NCBI GenBank assembly: GCA_043815185.1
Contig: JBDRJF010000001.1
Span: forward strand, 11,801 to 75,800
Reading direction: 5' to 3'
Origin: Candidatus Omnitrophota bacterium
GTDB lineage: Bacteria > Omnitrophota > Gorgyraeia > Duberdicusellales > 4484-171
Length of the DNA: 64,000 bases
This document shows, piece by piece, positions 19,252 to 31,082 of this stretch (the first letter of the stretch is position 1; every line of letters starts with the position of its first letter). Under the pieces are notes generated by a model. It did no database searches, had not been told where the DNA came from, and saw only the letters and a list, made by a program, of their open reading frames with translations. A program made the position numbers and the translations under genes.

Positions 19252-19601
19252 AACTTCAAACCTCCTTCTCTTGCGCCTTCAGCTAATTTCTTTACTCTTC
19301 CGTGGTATTTATAGCCGCCTCGATCAAAACAAACATTTTTAATCCCTGACTTTTGTGCTTTCTCAGAAATCATCTTGCCCACCTCATTGGCGCCTTTTTG
19401 ATCAGCAGCCTTTATCTTCATAGCCTTGAATTCCTTATGTAAGGTAGAGAATTCTACCATTACTTTTCCCAAGTCATCATTAATTATCTGAGCATAAATA
19501 TGTTTTTTGCTCCTAAAAACTACCAGACGCGGCCGGGATTCGCAGCCCCTGACTCTGCGGGCAATACTCTTGTGTCTTCTTTCTCTTCCTATCCGCTTCA
19601 T
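19248..19601 (-). CDS. rplR: 50S ribosomal protein L18
   Basis: 117 aa. Confidence 0.93.
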   Translation of the reverse strand: MKRIGRERRHKSIARRVRGCESRPRLVVFRSKKHIYAQIINDDLGKVMVEFSTLHKEFKAMKIKAADQKGANEVGKMISEKAQKSGIKNVCFDRGGYKYHGRVKKLAEGAREGGLKF

Positions 19602-20137
19602 TTCGCTAACGCCTTTCCTAACTTCTTACGTACCTCTTCCCCAACATACCTTATCCCTTTACCCTTATACGGCTCAGGGGGGTATATCCGTCTTATTTTA
19701 GCGGCGAATTCGCCGACTTTCTGCTTATCAATCCCTTCAATCGCAATGCGGGTAGGTAGAGGAGTAGAAACCTTCAACTCTGAAGGTATGTCTATCTCGA
19801 CTGGATGAGAAAAACCTATATTTAAAGAAAGCTTATTCCCTTTGATCTGAGCTTTGTACCCCACACCAATTATTTCCAACTCTTTCTTAAACCCTTTAGT
19901 TATACCTTTAATCATATTAGCAATTAAAACCCGTATTGTTCCGTGAAGACTCTTTAGTTGTTTAGAATCATTATCTCGCTTAACCGCCAAAGTATCACCG
20001 GTTAGCTCTAGCTTAATACCATTGGGAATAGCTAGATCTAATTTCTGCTTAGAACCCTCCACAAGACAAAGGTTTCCCTCAATCGTAACTTTGACTTCTT
20101 TAGGCACTACTAATGGTTGTTTCCCTATCCGTGACAT
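19598..20137 (-). CDS. rplF: 50S ribosomal protein L6
   Basis: 179 aa. Confidence 0.93.
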   Translation of the reverse strand: MSRIGKQPLVVPKEVKVTIEGNLCLVEGSKQKLDLAIPNGIKLELTGDTLAVKRDNDSKQLKSLHGTIRVLIANMIKGITKGFKKELEIIGVGYKAQIKGNKLSLNIGFSHPVEIDIPSELKVSTPLPTRIAIEGIDKQKVGEFAAKIRRIYPPEPYKGKGIRYVGEEVRKKLGKALAK

Positions 20138-20254
20138 AATTAAATAAATTTAATTTGATTGCATAGATTTTAAAAATGATTACAACGATTCTATATCTAT
20201 CGGTGTAATCGTTATTAATCTCTGTAATCAAGCTCGTGCTGTAAACAGCAAGGG

Positions 20255-20650
20255 CTACCAAATCATTCCGATAACTTCTCCGCCAATTCCTTTTTCACGA
20301 GCTGACTTCTCAGTAATAATCCCTGCCGAAGTAGAAACTAAAGTTATTCCGTAGCCACCTAGAGCAGCGGGAATACTTTTTCGCTTAGCATAAACTCTTC
20401 TTCCCGGAGAAGAAACTCTCTCCAGCTGACTAATCGCGCTGGTTTTCCCTTCATATTTCAAATAAACCTTTACTTTTTTAAATCTTTCCAGATCGACTTC
20501 TTTAAAATTTTCCAAATACCCCTCTTGCTTTAAAATCTCACAAATTCTCAATACGGATTTAGAGTAAGGAACGTAAGCTTCTTCTTTCTTTGCCCTTGCA
20601 GCATTCCTTATTACTGTAAAAGCATCACTAATTAAATCTGTTCTACTCAT
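20255..20650 (-). CDS. rpsH: 30S ribosomal protein S8
   Basis: 131 aa. Confidence 0.93.
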   Translation of the reverse strand: MSRTDLISDAFTVIRNAARAKKEEAYVPYSKSVLRICEILKQEGYLENFKEVDLERFKKVKVYLKYEGKTSAISQLERVSSPGRRVYAKRKSIPAALGGYGITLVSTSAGIITEKSAREKGIGGEVIGMIW

Positions 20651-20681
20651 ATCGCATACCTCATAACTTATATCGATTATT

Positions 20682-20876
20682 TTACCAGCTGGCTTTTTTT
20701 ACGCCGGGAATTAACCCCTGCCAAGCGAGCTGTCGGAAGCAAATTCGACAAAGTTCAAAATCCCGGATATACCCCCTAGGTCTACCACATAGACGACAAC
20801 GATTTTTATAACGGGTAGAAAATTTTGATTTTATCTTCTCACGCTTCCACTTCTCAATTTTAGCTGTAGTAGCCAT
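20682..20876 (-). CDS. rpsN: 30S ribosomal protein S14 type Z (zinc-binding, 64 aa)
   Basis: Start taken at internal Met ([13 protein letters not shown]...CRLCGRP...CRICFR...PGVKKASW). The track ORF extends 22 codons upstream into rplE. Confidence 0.88.
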   Translation of the reverse strand: MATTAKIEKWKREKIKSKFSTRYKNRCRLCGRPRGYIRDFELCRICFRQLAWQGLIPGVKKASW

Positions 20877-20877
20877 T

Positions 20878-21456
20878 CTACCTCCTAAAAGGAAATCCAA
20901 ACGACTTAAGCAACTCCTTTGCTTCTTCGTCACTCTTGGCACTGGTATTAATACAAATGTTCATACCGTGAGTTCTACTTATCTTATCAAGGTTAAGTTC
21001 GGGAAAGATGCCTTGTTCCTGTAATCCAAAGGTATAATTCCCGTTTCCATCAAAAGATTTCGCAGGAAATCCCCTAAAATCACGAATCCGGGGCATTGCT
21101 ATTGTAATAAGACGGTCAAAAAACTCATACATCATTTTCTTTCGTAAAGTCACACAACAACCTATGGCCTGCCCTTCTCTTAACTTAAAGTTCGATATTG
21201 GTTTACGGGAACGGCATATTTTGGCTTTTTGCCCGGTAATTAACGCTAACTCCTCAGCCGCTTTCTCAACAATCTTTGAATCAGAGGTTGCCCCGCCAAG
21301 GCCCATATTTATGACAATCTTTATTAAGCGGGGGGCAGCAAGACTATTCTTGTAATGGAGTTTTTCCACAAGCTGCGGAATGATTTCTTCCCGGTAAATC
21401 TTAAGTAAACGTGGCCGTGGGCTTTTTTCTAAATCGGTCTCTGGCATCTCTTGCAA
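20878..21456 (-). CDS. rplE: 50S ribosomal protein L5
   Basis: 192 aa. Confidence 0.93.
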   Translation of the reverse strand: MQEMPETDLEKSPRPRLLKIYREEIIPQLVEKLHYKNSLAAPRLIKIVINMGLGGATSDSKIVEKAAEELALITGQKAKICRSRKPISNFKLREGQAIGCCVTLRKKMMYEFFDRLITIAMPRIRDFRGFPAKSFDGNGNYTFGLQEQGIFPELNLDKISRTHGMNICINTSAKSDEEAKELLKSFGFPFRR

Positions 21457-21743
21457 ATCCTTACCTTACTCTTATCATCGGATATTTTCACCCCGAATCT
21501 TACTCCCTTATTACAATTACTACAAAATAAAGCTACATTGGAACGGTTAATGCTTTGAGGGATATCTTTTATTCCTCCGGTCTCGCCTTCTGAGCGACGC
21601 CGGATGTGTTTCTTGACTAAGTTAACACCTTCAACAATCACTCGCTTCGAATTGGAATGAACTTGTAAAACCTTGCCAACCTTTCCCTTATTCTTGCTGG
21701 CAATTACTGCTACCTTATCGCCTTTTTTAATCTCTAAGCTCAT
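21429..21743 (-). CDS. rplX: 50S ribosomal protein L24
   Basis: 104 aa with a KOW motif. Confidence 0.92.
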   Translation of the reverse strand: MSLEIKKGDKVAVIASKNKGKVGKVLQVHSNSKRVIVEGVNLVKKHIRRRSEGETGGIKDIPQSINRSNVALFCSNCNKGVRFGVKISDDKSKVRICKRCQRPI

Positions 21744-21746
21744 TGA

Positions 21747-22112
21747 TTATATCACCTCTGGAGCTAACGATAATATCTTGCTAAATCTATCTCTTAACTC
21801 ACGGGCTACCGGGCCGAATACTCTTGTTGCCCGGGGGTTACCTTGCTTATCAATGATTACGCAAGCATTCTTATCAAACCTAATCGCCAAACCATCCCTT
21901 CTCTTAATTGGATAGTGAGTTCTCACTACTACAGCCCTTACAACCTCTCCTTTCTTTATCGGAGCATTAGGTGTAGCTACTTTTACGCTAGCAGTAATCA
22001 CATCGCCGATATCAGCATGATCCTTATTCTTCCTGCCGATGACACTAATAAAAGCGACTTTTCTTGCCCCGCTGTTATCGGCCACATCTAATTTACTTCG
22101 AAGATAAATCAT
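21747..22112 (-). CDS. rplN: 50S ribosomal protein L14
   Basis: 121 aa. Confidence 0.93.
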   Translation of the reverse strand: MIYLRSKLDVADNSGARKVAFISVIGRKNKDHADIGDVITASVKVATPNAPIKKGEVVRAVVVRTHYPIKRRDGLAIRFDKNACVIIDKQGNPRATRVFGPVARELRDRFSKILSLAPEVI

Positions 22113-22348
22113 TTTGTAATCTCAAGTAATTCAAAATATTTATTTTTGGAAAAAGGACGTGATTCAATTATTCTCACTCTGTCGCCAACTTTTGCTTGGT
22201 TCTTGGCATCATGAACCCTAAACTTTTTCTTCTTTACCAACGGCCGCTTGTACAACTGATGTGAAAATTTCATTTTTACTAAAACCGTAATGGTCTTATC
22301 ACAGGCATCAGAAATTACCTGGCCTTCTAAAATTTTACCTTTTCTCAC
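22109..22348 (-). CDS. rpsQ: 30S ribosomal protein S17
   Basis: 79 aa. Confidence 0.92.
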   Translation of the reverse strand: MRKGKILEGQVISDACDKTITVLVKMKFSHQLYKRPLVKKKKFRVHDAKNQAKVGDRVRIIESRPFSKNKYFELLEITK

Positions 22349-22538
22349 TATCAGCTCCTTGTTTTTGGTTCAAAACCGTAAAAATACGGGCAATATCTCT
22401 CTTTACCACTTTAAAAAGGTGTGGTTTTTCCACACTGCTGCGGCGCTTGAATTGTAATTTCATAAGCTGTTTGTTCAAATCCTCTAACTTATCCTCTAAT
22501 TCTTGTTTTGATAATCCCAGCAATTCTTTAGTTTTCAT
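22335..22538 (-). CDS. rpmC: 50S ribosomal protein L29
   Basis: 67 aa. Confidence 0.9.
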   Translation of the reverse strand: MKTKELLGLSKQELEDKLEDLNKQLMKLQFKRRSSVEKPHLFKVVKRDIARIFTVLNQKQGADSEKR

Positions 22539-22545
22539 CTTTTAA

Positions 22546-22956
22546 CTACCTTTTTCTGGTTACAAACATGGTCCTAAACGGTAACTTATAGGCAATCAAC
22601 CGGAAAGATGCCCGGGCATAATCCTCAGGAATCCCTCCTAATTCAAAAAGGACCCTACCTCTTCTTATAACCGCCACCCAGCTCTCAACTTCACCTTTAC
22701 CCTTGCCTTGCCGGGACTCTGCCGGTTTTTTAGTTACTGGTTTGTCAGGAAAAACTCTTATCCAAAGTTTACCGCCTCTTCTCAGGCGCCGAGTCAAAAT
22801 AATTCTTGCGGCTTCAATTATCGTATTTTTGAGCCATCCTGCACCTAAAGCTTTTATCCCGTATTCACCAAAATTAACGTTAGAACCACTGACTGCAAGC
22901 CCCTTACGTCTTCCCCGTTGGGTCTTTCTGTATTTTACTCTTTTGGGAATAAGCAT
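22546..22956 (-). CDS. rplP: 50S ribosomal protein L16
   Basis: 136 aa. Confidence 0.93.
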   Translation of the reverse strand: MLIPKRVKYRKTQRGRRKGLAVSGSNVNFGEYGIKALGAGWLKNTIIEAARIILTRRLRRGGKLWIRVFPDKPVTKKPAESRQGKGKGEVESWVAVIRRGRVLFELGGIPEDYARASFRLIAYKLPFRTMFVTRKR

Positions 22957-22958
22957 AC

Positions 22959-23633
22959 TTAACGTTTTTGTTGCTCTTCTTCTCTAATTAAATAATGTCC
23001 TAATCTCTTCTCACCCTTATAAATCCACACCTTAACTCCAATCGTACCGTAAGTAGTCTTGGCAACGTAAAATCCGTAATCTATGTCTGCCCGAAATGTT
23101 TGCAGCGGTACCTTACCATATTTATAAGACTCTTTACGCGCAATTTCTACTCCTCCTAAGCGGCCGGAACACTTTAGTTTTATCCCCTCACCGCCAGAGG
23201 CAATTACTTGTTGGATCGCTTTTTTCATTGCTCTTCTGAAGTTTATCCGGCGAATAAGCTGAAACCCAACCATCTCAGCTACTAATTGCGCTTCTAAGGC
23301 CGGGTCAGTAACCTCTTCAACATCGATAATGATTTCCTTGTTGACTAATCTCTTCAATTCTGACTTTACCCGTTCGATATCTTGGCCGCGCCTGCCGATA
23401 ATGACACCCGGGCGAGAAGTTCGTATTCTGATTCGCACAATTCCCGAAGATACCCTTTCGATAATTATTGTTGCCACTGAACCCCGGGAGTAACTCTTCT
23501 TGATATGCTCTCTTATCCGGACATCTTCCTCTAAAAAGGAAGCAAATTCACTTTTCTTAGAAGAAAACCAACGCGAAAGCCAATCTTTACCAAACCCAAT
23601 CCTTAAAATGTAAGGGTGAACTTTTTGCCCCAT
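22959..23633 (-). CDS. rpsC: 30S ribosomal protein S3
   Basis: 224 aa with a KH domain. Confidence 0.93.
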   Translation of the reverse strand: MGQKVHPYILRIGFGKDWLSRWFSSKKSEFASFLEEDVRIREHIKKSYSRGSVATIIIERVSSGIVRIRIRTSRPGVIIGRRGQDIERVKSELKRLVNKEIIIDVEEVTDPALEAQLVAEMVGFQLIRRINFRRAMKKAIQQVIASGGEGIKLKCSGRLGGVEIARKESYKYGKVPLQTFRADIDYGFYVAKTTYGTIGVKVWIYKGEKRLGHYLIREEEQQKR

Positions 23634-23637
23634 AACT

Positions 23638-24015
23638 TTACCTTTTTTTTGCTCCTTTGCCTGTCTTGGTTCCTTTAATTAATTTTTCTGAACTTCCCAG
23701 CTCAATCAAAATGTGTGATGTACGTTTACGAATCATTGTTGCCCGGCCAAAAGAAGCTGCTCGATGTCGCTTTAAGGTTGGGCCGGGATTAGCTACAATC
23801 TTGGAAATAAACAGTTTATCTTCCTGATACCCTTTATTTTTTGCATTAGCTAAAGCTGATTTTAATACCTTATTCAAGTAATAAGCACCTCTTTTATTAA
23901 TCACAGTCAACTCCGAAATTGCTCCAGCCACCTTCTTATTCTTCACCAAAGCGATAACCGGTCTAACTTTTGTCGGAGAAATTCTAATATATTTTGCTAT
24001 AGCTCTGGCTACCAT
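23638..24015 (-). CDS. rplV: 50S ribosomal protein L22
   Basis: 125 aa. Confidence 0.93.
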   Translation of the reverse strand: MVARAIAKYIRISPTKVRPVIALVKNKKVAGAISELTVINKRGAYYLNKVLKSALANAKNKGYQEDKLFISKIVANPGPTLKRHRAASFGRATMIRKRTSHILIELGSSEKLIKGTKTGKGAKKR

Positions 24016-24048
24016 TTTCTCAAAATTTACTTTTTTGGCTTTCGGCTT

Positions 24049-24336
24049 TTACTTTTTAGCTATTGCTTTTTTAGCTTTTATTCCCCCGTGCTGCTTAAAT
24101 ATTCGAGTGGGCACAAATTCACCCAAACGATGCCCAACCATAGACTCAGTTACAAAAACCGGAACATGCTTCTTACCGTTATGCACAGCAAAGGTAAGAC
24201 CCACGAACTCCGGATCAATCATTGAACTGCGTGACCAAGTCTTTATGGCTTTTCGACTCCCGGCTGCTTTGGCCGCCTGGGCCTTCTTTAACAGCTTTGG
24301 ATCAATGAAAGGACCTTTTTTTAGCGAACGACTCAT
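24049..24336 (-). CDS. rpsS: 30S ribosomal protein S19
   Basis: 95 aa. Confidence 0.93.
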   Translation of the reverse strand: MSRSLKKGPFIDPKLLKKAQAAKAAGSRKAIKTWSRSSMIDPEFVGLTFAVHNGKKHVPVFVTESMVGHRLGEFVPTRIFKQHGGIKAKKAIAKK

Positions 24337-25187
24337 CTCTTAGATTTCCTTTTTCTTGCTCTTCTCTTAATAATATACTTATTACTTTTATTGCGCGGAT
24401 TTCTGGTCTTCGCACCCTTAGTAGGTTTTCCCCAAGGAGTAACTGGATGAGGATTCCCCTGACCAGCTTTACCTTCACCGCCACCATGAGGATGGTCAAT
24501 CGGATTCATAGCTACGCCCCTTACCTTAGGGCGCCGGCCTAACCAACGCGCCTTACCGGCTTTTCCCTGCCGGAATGAAGAATGCTCAATCAAACCCATT
24601 TGTCCAACTGTAGCCCGGCAATCAACCTTCAGTAACCGGATTTCGCCAGAAGGCATACGTAATTGAGCAAACCTCCCTTCCTTGGCTGCAAGCTGAGCCC
24701 AACTACCGGCGCTTCTGACTAAAATACCGCCTCTATCTGGTTCCATCTCCAAATTATGGACTACAGTTCCCATAGGAATATGCTTTAACTTCATGCAATT
24801 ACCAGGTTTAATATCAACCTGGGAATCAGCTGCGCTTATCACTTTATCGCCGACTTTTAACTTATCCGGCCAAATAATATATCGTGACTCGCCGTCAGGA
24901 TATCTTAATAACGCAATTCGTCCGCTCCGGTTAGGGTCATACTCAATAGCAACAACTTCAGCCGGAATATCGAATTTATCCCGCCTGAAGTCAATAATTC
25001 TATACTTTCTTTTACTCCCGCCGCCGCGTCGTCTAACCGTTATCCGGCCACGGTTATTTCTTCCTCCGCTTTTCTTTAAGCTAGTGGTCAGAAATTTCTC
25101 AGGTTGACTCTTGGTAACTTCGGAAAAATCAGAAGTTACCTTAAATCGCATTGATGGCGTTATCGGTCGAAACTTTTTTACTCCCAT
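24333..25187 (-). CDS. rplB: 50S ribosomal protein L2
   Basis: 284 aa. Confidence 0.93.
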   Translation of the reverse strand: MGVKKFRPITPSMRFKVTSDFSEVTKSQPEKFLTTSLKKSGGRNNRGRITVRRRGGGSKRKYRIIDFRRDKFDIPAEVVAIEYDPNRSGRIALLRYPDGESRYIIWPDKLKVGDKVISAADSQVDIKPGNCMKLKHIPMGTVVHNLEMEPDRGGILVRSAGSWAQLAAKEGRFAQLRMPSGEIRLLKVDCRATVGQMGLIEHSSFRQGKAGKARWLGRRPKVRGVAMNPIDHPHGGGEGKAGQGNPHPVTPWGKPTKGAKTRNPRNKSNKYIIKRRARKRKSKR

Positions 25188-25190
25188 GGC

Positions 25191-25481
25191 TTAAGTAATT
25201 TTAATTTCAAATCCTTCTTTTAAGGTAACTATGGCTTTCTTCCAAGAAGTAGTTTTACCGGCTTGATTGGACCTGAGCCGCTTAGTTTTACCTTTAACTA
25301 TCAATACTGAAGTCCGCGTTACCTTTACCTTATAGATCTTCTCAATAGCGTGCTTTATCTCTATCTTATTCGCTTCTTTATCAACCCAAAAAGCATACTT
25401 TCGACAGACAGAATCTCGGGTTGTTTTCTCGGTAACCAGTGGTGACTTAATAATAGAATAAATACTCTTTAGTGCAGACAT
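25191..25481 (-). CDS. rplW: 50S ribosomal protein L23
   Basis: 96 aa. Confidence 0.92.
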   Translation of the reverse strand: MSALKSIYSIIKSPLVTEKTTRDSVCRKYAFWVDKEANKIEIKHAIEKIYKVKVTRTSVLIVKGKTKRLRSNQAGKTTSWKKAIVTLKEGFEIKIT

Positions 25482-26203
25482 CTTGTAACCCTGTTTTCGA
25501 TTTCACGCAAAGCGTTCTTGGTCAAAACTAATCGTTTACAATCAACTACTTCGGTAGCATGAATATCACAAGCCCTCGCTAACAACACCTTTTTTATATT
25601 GTTGGTTGCTAACTTAAGGTTAGGCTCTATCTTCTCTACTACCAACCTTACCTTTACCCCGTATAAGCTTAAACTCTTAACTATTTTATAAAACTCTTTT
25701 GTTTTATGTGAATCAACCTTAAGATCGCTAAGGATTAAAATTTCTTGATCCCGAAACTTAGCGTTAAGTGCGCTCTTTAAAGCTAAAGTTCGCATCTTCT
25801 GAGGCAAATTTCGGTAGTAAGAACGCGGCTTAGGACCAAAAGTAATACCGCCTCCCCTCCAAATCGGCGAGCGTATCGAACCTACCCTTGCCCGTCCAGT
25901 ACCTTTTTGCCGCCAAGGCTTTTTTCCGCCACCGCTAACCTCACCTCTGGTCTTACTTGATGCCAACCCCTTTCTCTGATTAGCCAGATAGGTTACTACT
26001 GCTTGATGGATAAGTGCTTCGGAGACTTTTCCGTCAAAAACGCGCTTCGCTAATTCCGCTCGCTCTATTTCCTTGCCCTGTAGGTTTAAAACCGGCAGGC
26101 TCAAGCTATCTGAGGTAACTGTCGTGGTCTTCTTGCTTGCCTTTGGTTTGCTAACCTTTTTGGTCAACTTAGTTGTTTTTTTCTTACTAACTGTCTTAGC
26201 CAT
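25469..26203 (-). CDS. rplD: 50S ribosomal protein L4 with ~35 aa lysine-rich N-terminal extension
   Basis: 244 aa. The L4 core starts near LSLPVLNLQGKE. The extended start is supported by an 8 nt overlap with rplC, as opposed to a ~100 bp gap. Confidence 0.88.
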   Translation of the reverse strand: MAKTVSKKKTTKLTKKVSKPKASKKTTTVTSDSLSLPVLNLQGKEIERAELAKRVFDGKVSEALIHQAVVTYLANQRKGLASSKTRGEVSGGGKKPWRQKGTGRARVGSIRSPIWRGGGITFGPKPRSYYRNLPQKMRTLALKSALNAKFRDQEILILSDLKVDSHKTKEFYKIVKSLSLYGVKVRLVVEKIEPNLKLATNNIKKVLLARACDIHATEVVDCKRLVLTKNALREIENRVTRCLH

Positions 26204-26864
26204 GATTTTTGTCCACTTTTCTCACCCGTACGACCGCGCCTCTAGCTCCCGGTATATTTCCCTCAATAAAAAGAAGGTTCTTTTCTTTATCCACCTTCAA
26301 AACTTTTAGGTTTTTAGTCGTACGAAAGCAATTACCCATATGCCCCGGCATATTAAGGCCCTTTATTATTCTTGAAGGATAAGCTGAGGCTCCGGCTGAA
26401 CCTAAACGACGATGCGTAGTATGGCCATGTGATCCCGGTTGTCCACTCCAACCATGCCGCTTCATTCCTCCAGCAAAGCCCCTTCCTTTAGTCTTTGCTC
26501 TCACATCCACCTTGCTTCCAACCTCAAAAATCTCCACACCGAATTGGCGAGGATCAATCGTCGCTTTCTCTTTAGACTCCTCATCTGTCTCTGGAAAATC
26601 TTTGTCAATAGTTACTTCGCGAATAAGTTTGTAAGGACTGACTTTTAATTTATTGAAATAACCCTTTACCGGCCGTTTTACTTTTCCGATTTTTGTCTCT
26701 TCAATCTTAAAACAACCGATTTTGGCCTTTGTTTTAGTAGGATACTCTACTTTCTCCAGTAAGTAGACTGGTTCTACCTCAATGAGAGTGGTAGCCAAGA
26801 GATTACCCTCTTGATCAAAAACCTGAGTCATTCCAATTTTTTTTCCGTAAATTTCCCTAATCAT
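26196..26864 (-). CDS. rplC: 50S ribosomal protein L3
   Basis: 222 aa. Confidence 0.93.
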   Translation of the reverse strand: MIREIYGKKIGMTQVFDQEGNLLATTLIEVEPVYLLEKVEYPTKTKAKIGCFKIEETKIGKVKRPVKGYFNKLKVSPYKLIREVTIDKDFPETDEESKEKATIDPRQFGVEIFEVGSKVDVRAKTKGRGFAGGMKRHGWSGQPGSHGHTTHRRLGSAGASAYPSRIIKGLNMPGHMGNCFRTTKNLKVLKVDKEKNLLFIEGNIPGARGAVVRVRKVDKNHG

Positions 26865-26924
26865 AATTCACCCAGTCTATCAGACATCTCCACCTCGGTT
26901 GAAAACTTTAGCGGGAAAACCTGA

Positions 26925-27233
26925 TTAAACTTCCTGTTTAATCTCTACGCTAACGCCGGCAGGCAAGTTCAATTTCCGTAAGGCATCAATTGTCTTTGGT
27001 GTCGGTTTATCCAAATCGATAATCCGCTTATGGATAGCCAACATAAATTGCTCCCGCGACTTCTTATCAATGTTGGTAGAACGATTAACAGTGTAAATCT
27101 TCTTCTTTGTAGGCATAGGCATGGGACCATTAACCTTTGCTCCGGTGCGCGAAGCAACCTCAGCTATCTCTTGAGCCGACCGGTCCAAAATCCGATGGTC
27201 AAACGCCTTCAATCTTATTCTTAACTTAAGCAT
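26925..27233 (-). CDS. rpsJ: 30S ribosomal protein S10
   Basis: 102 aa. Confidence 0.93.
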   Translation of the reverse strand: MLKLRIRLKAFDHRILDRSAQEIAEVASRTGAKVNGPMPMPTKKKIYTVNRSTNIDKKSREQFMLAIHKRIIDLDKPTPKTIDALRKLNLPAGVSVEIKQEV

Positions 27234-27275
27234 AATTCATGCCTCTACCACAAACTAAGTTATGGCCTATACCTT

Positions 27276-28478
27276 TTATTTAATAACCTCGGTAATTACT
27301 CCTGCGCCTACTGTTTTTCCGCCTTCCCGAATAGCAAATCTCAATTCTTTCTCAGCAGCTACTGGTTGAATCAATTCAATCTCCAGTACCACGTTATCTC
27401 CAGGCATAACCATCTCTACCCCTTTGGGTAATTGGCATGTTCCAGTAACGTCGGTAGTCCGGAAATAGAATTGGGGTCTGTATCCGCCGAAGAACGGTGT
27501 ATGCCGTCCGCCTTCTTCTTTCTTCAAAGAATATACCTGAGCTTTAAACTTGGTGTGGGGAGTAATTGATCCGGGCTTAGCCATAACCATTCCTCGCTCC
27601 ACATCTTTTTTCTCAACTCCTCTTAAGAGCAAACCGACATTATCTCCGGCTTGGCCCTCATCAAGAAGTTTTCTAAACATCTCCACTCCGGTGACTACAG
27701 TTTTGCTGGTCTTGGGGCGAATTCCTACTAACTCAATTTCCTCGCCAACTTTAACCTTACCTCTCTCAATTCTTCCGGTTGCTACTGTTCCCCGTCCTGA
27801 AATTGAGAAGACATCTTCTACGGCCATAAGAAAAGGTTTATCGATATCTCTCTTAGGCATAGGAATGTACTCATCTATAGCCTTCATTAGGTCAAGAATT
27901 GCCTTGCAATTAGCACACTCAGCCTTACCACAACCACATTCCATTGCCTTCAAGGCCGAACCCTTGATGATTGGAATATCTTTGCCGGGAAATTCATACT
28001 TAGCAAGCAAGTCCCTAACCTCTTCTTCGACTAAATCAACCAATTCATTATCCTCCATCTGATCAACTTTGTTGATAAACACAACAATTGCCGGAACATT
28101 TACCTGACGTGCCAAGAGAATGTGCTCTCTTGTCTGTGGCATTGGACCGTCAGTAGCTGCCACAACTAAAATTGCCCCATCCATCTGAGCTGCTCCAGTA
28201 ATCATGTTTTTGATGTAATCAGCGTGCCCAGGACAGTCAATGTGAGCATAGTGACGATTGTCTGTCTCATACTCAACGTGAGCAATATTAATAGTTACGC
28301 CTCGCTCTCTCTCTTCCGGTGCCTTATCAATATCCTCAAACTTAAGTGCCTTAGCCTTGCCTGTAACCGCCAATACCCCAGTTATCGCCGAGGTAAGCGT
28401 TGTCTTACCATGGTCTACGTGACCAATAGTACCAATGTTGAGATGGGGTTTTGTCCTTACAAACTTTTCCTTTCCCAT
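27276..28478 (-). CDS. tuf: Elongation factor Tu (with Cx1Cx4Cx2C insertion in domain I)
   Basis: 400 aa with [14 protein letters not shown] and NKVD motifs. A four-cysteine segment [12 protein letters not shown] is encoded at 27906-27938. Confidence 0.93.
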   Translation of the reverse strand: MGKEKFVRTKPHLNIGTIGHVDHGKTTLTSAITGVLAVTGKAKALKFEDIDKAPEERERGVTINIAHVEYETDNRHYAHIDCPGHADYIKNMITGAAQMDGAILVVAATDGPMPQTREHILLARQVNVPAIVVFINKVDQMEDNELVDLVEEEVRDLLAKYEFPGKDIPIIKGSALKAMECGCGKAECANCKAILDLMKAIDEYIPMPKRDIDKPFLMAVEDVFSISGRGTVATGRIERGKVKVGEEIELVGIRPKTSKTVVTGVEMFRKLLDEGQAGDNVGLLLRGVEKKDVERGMVMAKPGSITPHTKFKAQVYSLKKEEGGRHTPFFGGYRPQFYFRTTDVTGTCQLPKGVEMVMPGDNVVLEIELIQPVAAEKELRFAIREGGKTVGAGVITEVIK

Positions 28479-28497
28479 ACTACACCTCCTTATCCAA

Positions 28498-30582
28498 TTA
28501 AACTCCTAATATTCTTGACAATAATCCATCGGGAACCTTCTCGTAATATAAAGGCTCTATTGTATAGGATGCCCTACCTTGTGTCAAGTTTCTCAAGGCA
28601 TCTGCATAGTTAAAAACCTCCGATAAAGGCACATCTGACCTGGCTACACGAAGATTCTTCCGCTCCCGAATAGCGGCAATTTTTGCCCGGCGCGCATTTA
28701 AATCTCCAATAACCTGGCTAACGTATTCGGTAGGCGTCACTACCTCTAAATCCATTATCGGCTCCAACACAACAGACTTTGCTTTTCGCAACCCCTCTTT
28801 AACTGCTATCTCGCCAGCAACCTTAAAAGCTAATTCTGAAGAATCAACATCATGGAAAGAACCATCGATTAAAGTTGCTTTTATATCAACCACAGGATAC
28901 CCTCCCAAAATACCACTCTCGGCGGCCTCAAGAACCCCTTCCTTAACTGCCGGAATATATTCTTTAGGAATCGCACCTGATTTTATTTTATTTTCAAAAA
29001 CAACACCTTTACCTTTCGCTAAAGGCTCTATAAGTAATACTACATGCCCATATTGACCTCGGCCGCCGGTCTGCTGGATAAATTTACCTACAGACTCGAC
29101 TTTACGAGTAATCGTCTCCTTATAAGCAACCTGGGGTTTACCTACTCTTGCGTTTACCTTAAATTCTCTTATTAACCTCTCAACCATAATTTCAAGATGT
29201 AATTGCCCCATGCCGGAAATTATATTCTGTCCGGTCTCGCGATTGTAGGAAACTTTAAAAGAAGGATCCTCATCGGAAAGCTTCTGTAAAGCTCCCAGGA
29301 GTTTATCCTGGTCGGCTTTTGTTTTAGGCTCAATAGCCAAAGAGACAACCGGCTCAGGAAACTTTATGGCCTCAAGAAGTATGGGGTGCCGGCTATCGCA
29401 AAGAGTATCTCCGGTGGTTGTCTCCTTCAAACCGGTTAAACAAATAATGTCACCGGCTTTAGCCTCTTTAACCGCTTCTTGCTTATTAGCATGCATCCTT
29501 AAAATTTTTATAACCCTTTCCTTAACTTTCTTGCTAACATTATAAACATAAGACGAGGTGGCGATTTTTCCTGAATATATTCTGGCATAAAATAGTTTAC
29601 CGACAAAAGAATCAGTAAATACCTTAAAGCATAAAGCACAAAGCGGTGCTTTTGCATCAGCTATAACTGCCCTGGGTTCCTTACTTTTCTCCTCCAATCC
29701 AATTATCTCTTTTGCCTCTGAAGGCGAAGGAAGGTAACTACATACGGCATCAAGAAGCTGTTGAATCCCCTTGTTCTTCAAAGCCGAACCACATAGAACC
29801 GGAACAAATTTATTGACCAAAACATAATGCCGTATTCTCTCCTGAATCTCTTCTTTAGATATCTCATCGCTATTGATTACTTTATGCATAAACTGGTCAT
29901 CTAACTCAGCCATTTTTTCAATAAGTTTTTCTCTGTATTTTATTGAAGACTCTCTCAGCTCTTGCGGAATTTCTTCGGTCACAACTTCTTCACCCAATTC
30001 CCCCTTATAATATAAGGCTTGGTCTTGAATTAAATCTACTATCCCCACAAACTGTTCATCCTTATAGATGGGGATCTGAACAGGAGCTATAGTAATTTGT
30101 AACTTCTCCTCCATATCTTTAAGTACAGCAAAGTAATCAGCACCGACTCGGTCCAACTTATTAACAAAGGCAATACGGGGAACCTGGTACTCATCAGCCT
30201 GATGCCAAACAGTCTCTGATTGAGATTCAACCCCGCCTACAGCACAAAAAATAACCACTACTCCATCTAAAACTTTTAACGACCTCTCTACTTCCACGGT
30301 AAAATCTATATGCCCCGGAGTATCAATTATGTTAATCTGCTTACCTTTCCACTGACAATAAGTGGCAGCTGAAGTAATAGTGATACCGCGCTCCTTCTCC
30401 TGACTCATCCAATCAGTGATTGTCGTCCCTTCATGGACCTCACCAATCTTATATGTCCTACCGGCATAAAATAATATTCGTTCGGTAGTAGTAGTTTTCC
30501 CTGCATCGATATGGGCAATAAAGCCGATATTTCTTGTTTGGTCTAATCCTTTCTTCATAATTGTCGCTTTTATAATATTCAC
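28498..30582 (-). CDS. fusA: Elongation factor G
   Basis: 694 aa with GTPase domain motifs (AHIDAGKTT) and EF-G domains II-V. Confidence 0.93.
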   Translation of the reverse strand: MNIIKATIMKKGLDQTRNIGFIAHIDAGKTTTTERILFYAGRTYKIGEVHEGTTITDWMSQEKERGITITSAATYCQWKGKQINIIDTPGHIDFTVEVERSLKVLDGVVVIFCAVGGVESQSETVWHQADEYQVPRIAFVNKLDRVGADYFAVLKDMEEKLQITIAPVQIPIYKDEQFVGIVDLIQDQALYYKGELGEEVVTEEIPQELRESSIKYREKLIEKMAELDDQFMHKVINSDEISKEEIQERIRHYVLVNKFVPVLCGSALKNKGIQQLLDAVCSYLPSPSEAKEIIGLEEKSKEPRAVIADAKAPLCALCFKVFTDSFVGKLFYARIYSGKIATSSYVYNVSKKVKERVIKILRMHANKQEAVKEAKAGDIICLTGLKETTTGDTLCDSRHPILLEAIKFPEPVVSLAIEPKTKADQDKLLGALQKLSDEDPSFKVSYNRETGQNIISGMGQLHLEIMVERLIREFKVNARVGKPQVAYKETITRKVESVGKFIQQTGGRGQYGHVVLLIEPLAKGKGVVFENKIKSGAIPKEYIPAVKEGVLEAAESGILGGYPVVDIKATLIDGSFHDVDSSELAFKVAGEIAVKEGLRKAKSVVLEPIMDLEVVTPTEYVSQVIGDLNARRAKIAAIRERKNLRVARSDVPLSEVFNYADALRNLTQGRASYTIEPLYYEKVPDGLLSRILGV

Positions 30583-30587
30583 TTATT

Positions 30588-31055
30588 CTAATACTTAAAG
30601 TGGGCAAATGCTCGGTTAGCTTCTGCCATCTTATGTGTATCTTCCTTCTTTTTGATTACTGAGCCCTCAAACTTGAACGCAGAAATAAGCTCGTCAGCTA
30701 ATTTAATCTTCATCGGCTTACCCTTCTTCTTTAAGGCCGAATCTTTCATCCAGCGTATAGCAATTGAAATTCCTCTATCTTTATTTACTTCCAAAGGAAC
30801 CTGGTAAGTTGCACCACCAATTCTTCTCGGTTTAACAGCCATCTTGGGACGAGCATTGTCTAAGGCACTAATGAATACTTTCAAAGGATCTTCTTTCAGG
30901 CGTTCACCAACAATATCAAAAGCGGCATAGATAATTCTCTGGGCAATACTCTTCTTACCATCGCGCATAATAATGTTCACAAAATTCCCCACTATTGGAG
31001 AATTATACTTTGGGTCTGCCTTTGCCTCTCTTTTAGGCGCCTTTCTTCTTCTCAT
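30588..31055 (-). CDS. rpsG: 30S ribosomal protein S7
   Basis: 155 aa. Confidence 0.93.
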   Translation of the reverse strand: MRRRKAPKREAKADPKYNSPIVGNFVNIIMRDGKKSIAQRIIYAAFDIVGERLKEDPLKVFISALDNARPKMAVKPRRIGGATYQVPLEVNKDRGISIAIRWMKDSALKKKGKPMKIKLADELISAFKFEGSVIKKKEDTHKMAEANRAFAHFKY

Positions 31056-31082
31056 AACAACTTATCTCCTTAAAACTTTTTA

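Noticed and set aside
18833-19342. 169-aa plus-strand ORF, and many other 60-170 aa plus-strand ORFs (e.g. 27550-28062, 28224-28613, 36473-36817, 39019-39375)
   Set aside because: All lie antisense within well-supported minus-strand housekeeping genes (rpsE, tuf, fusA, rpoB, rplL). They have low-complexity, Ser/Leu/Pro-rich translations with no recognisable domains, so they are antisense artefacts.
20682-20942. 86-aa ORF-track version of rpsN extending into rplE
   Set aside because: The N-terminal 22 codons overlap rplE in another frame. S14 type Z is ~61-64 aa and the internal Met gives the canonical protein.
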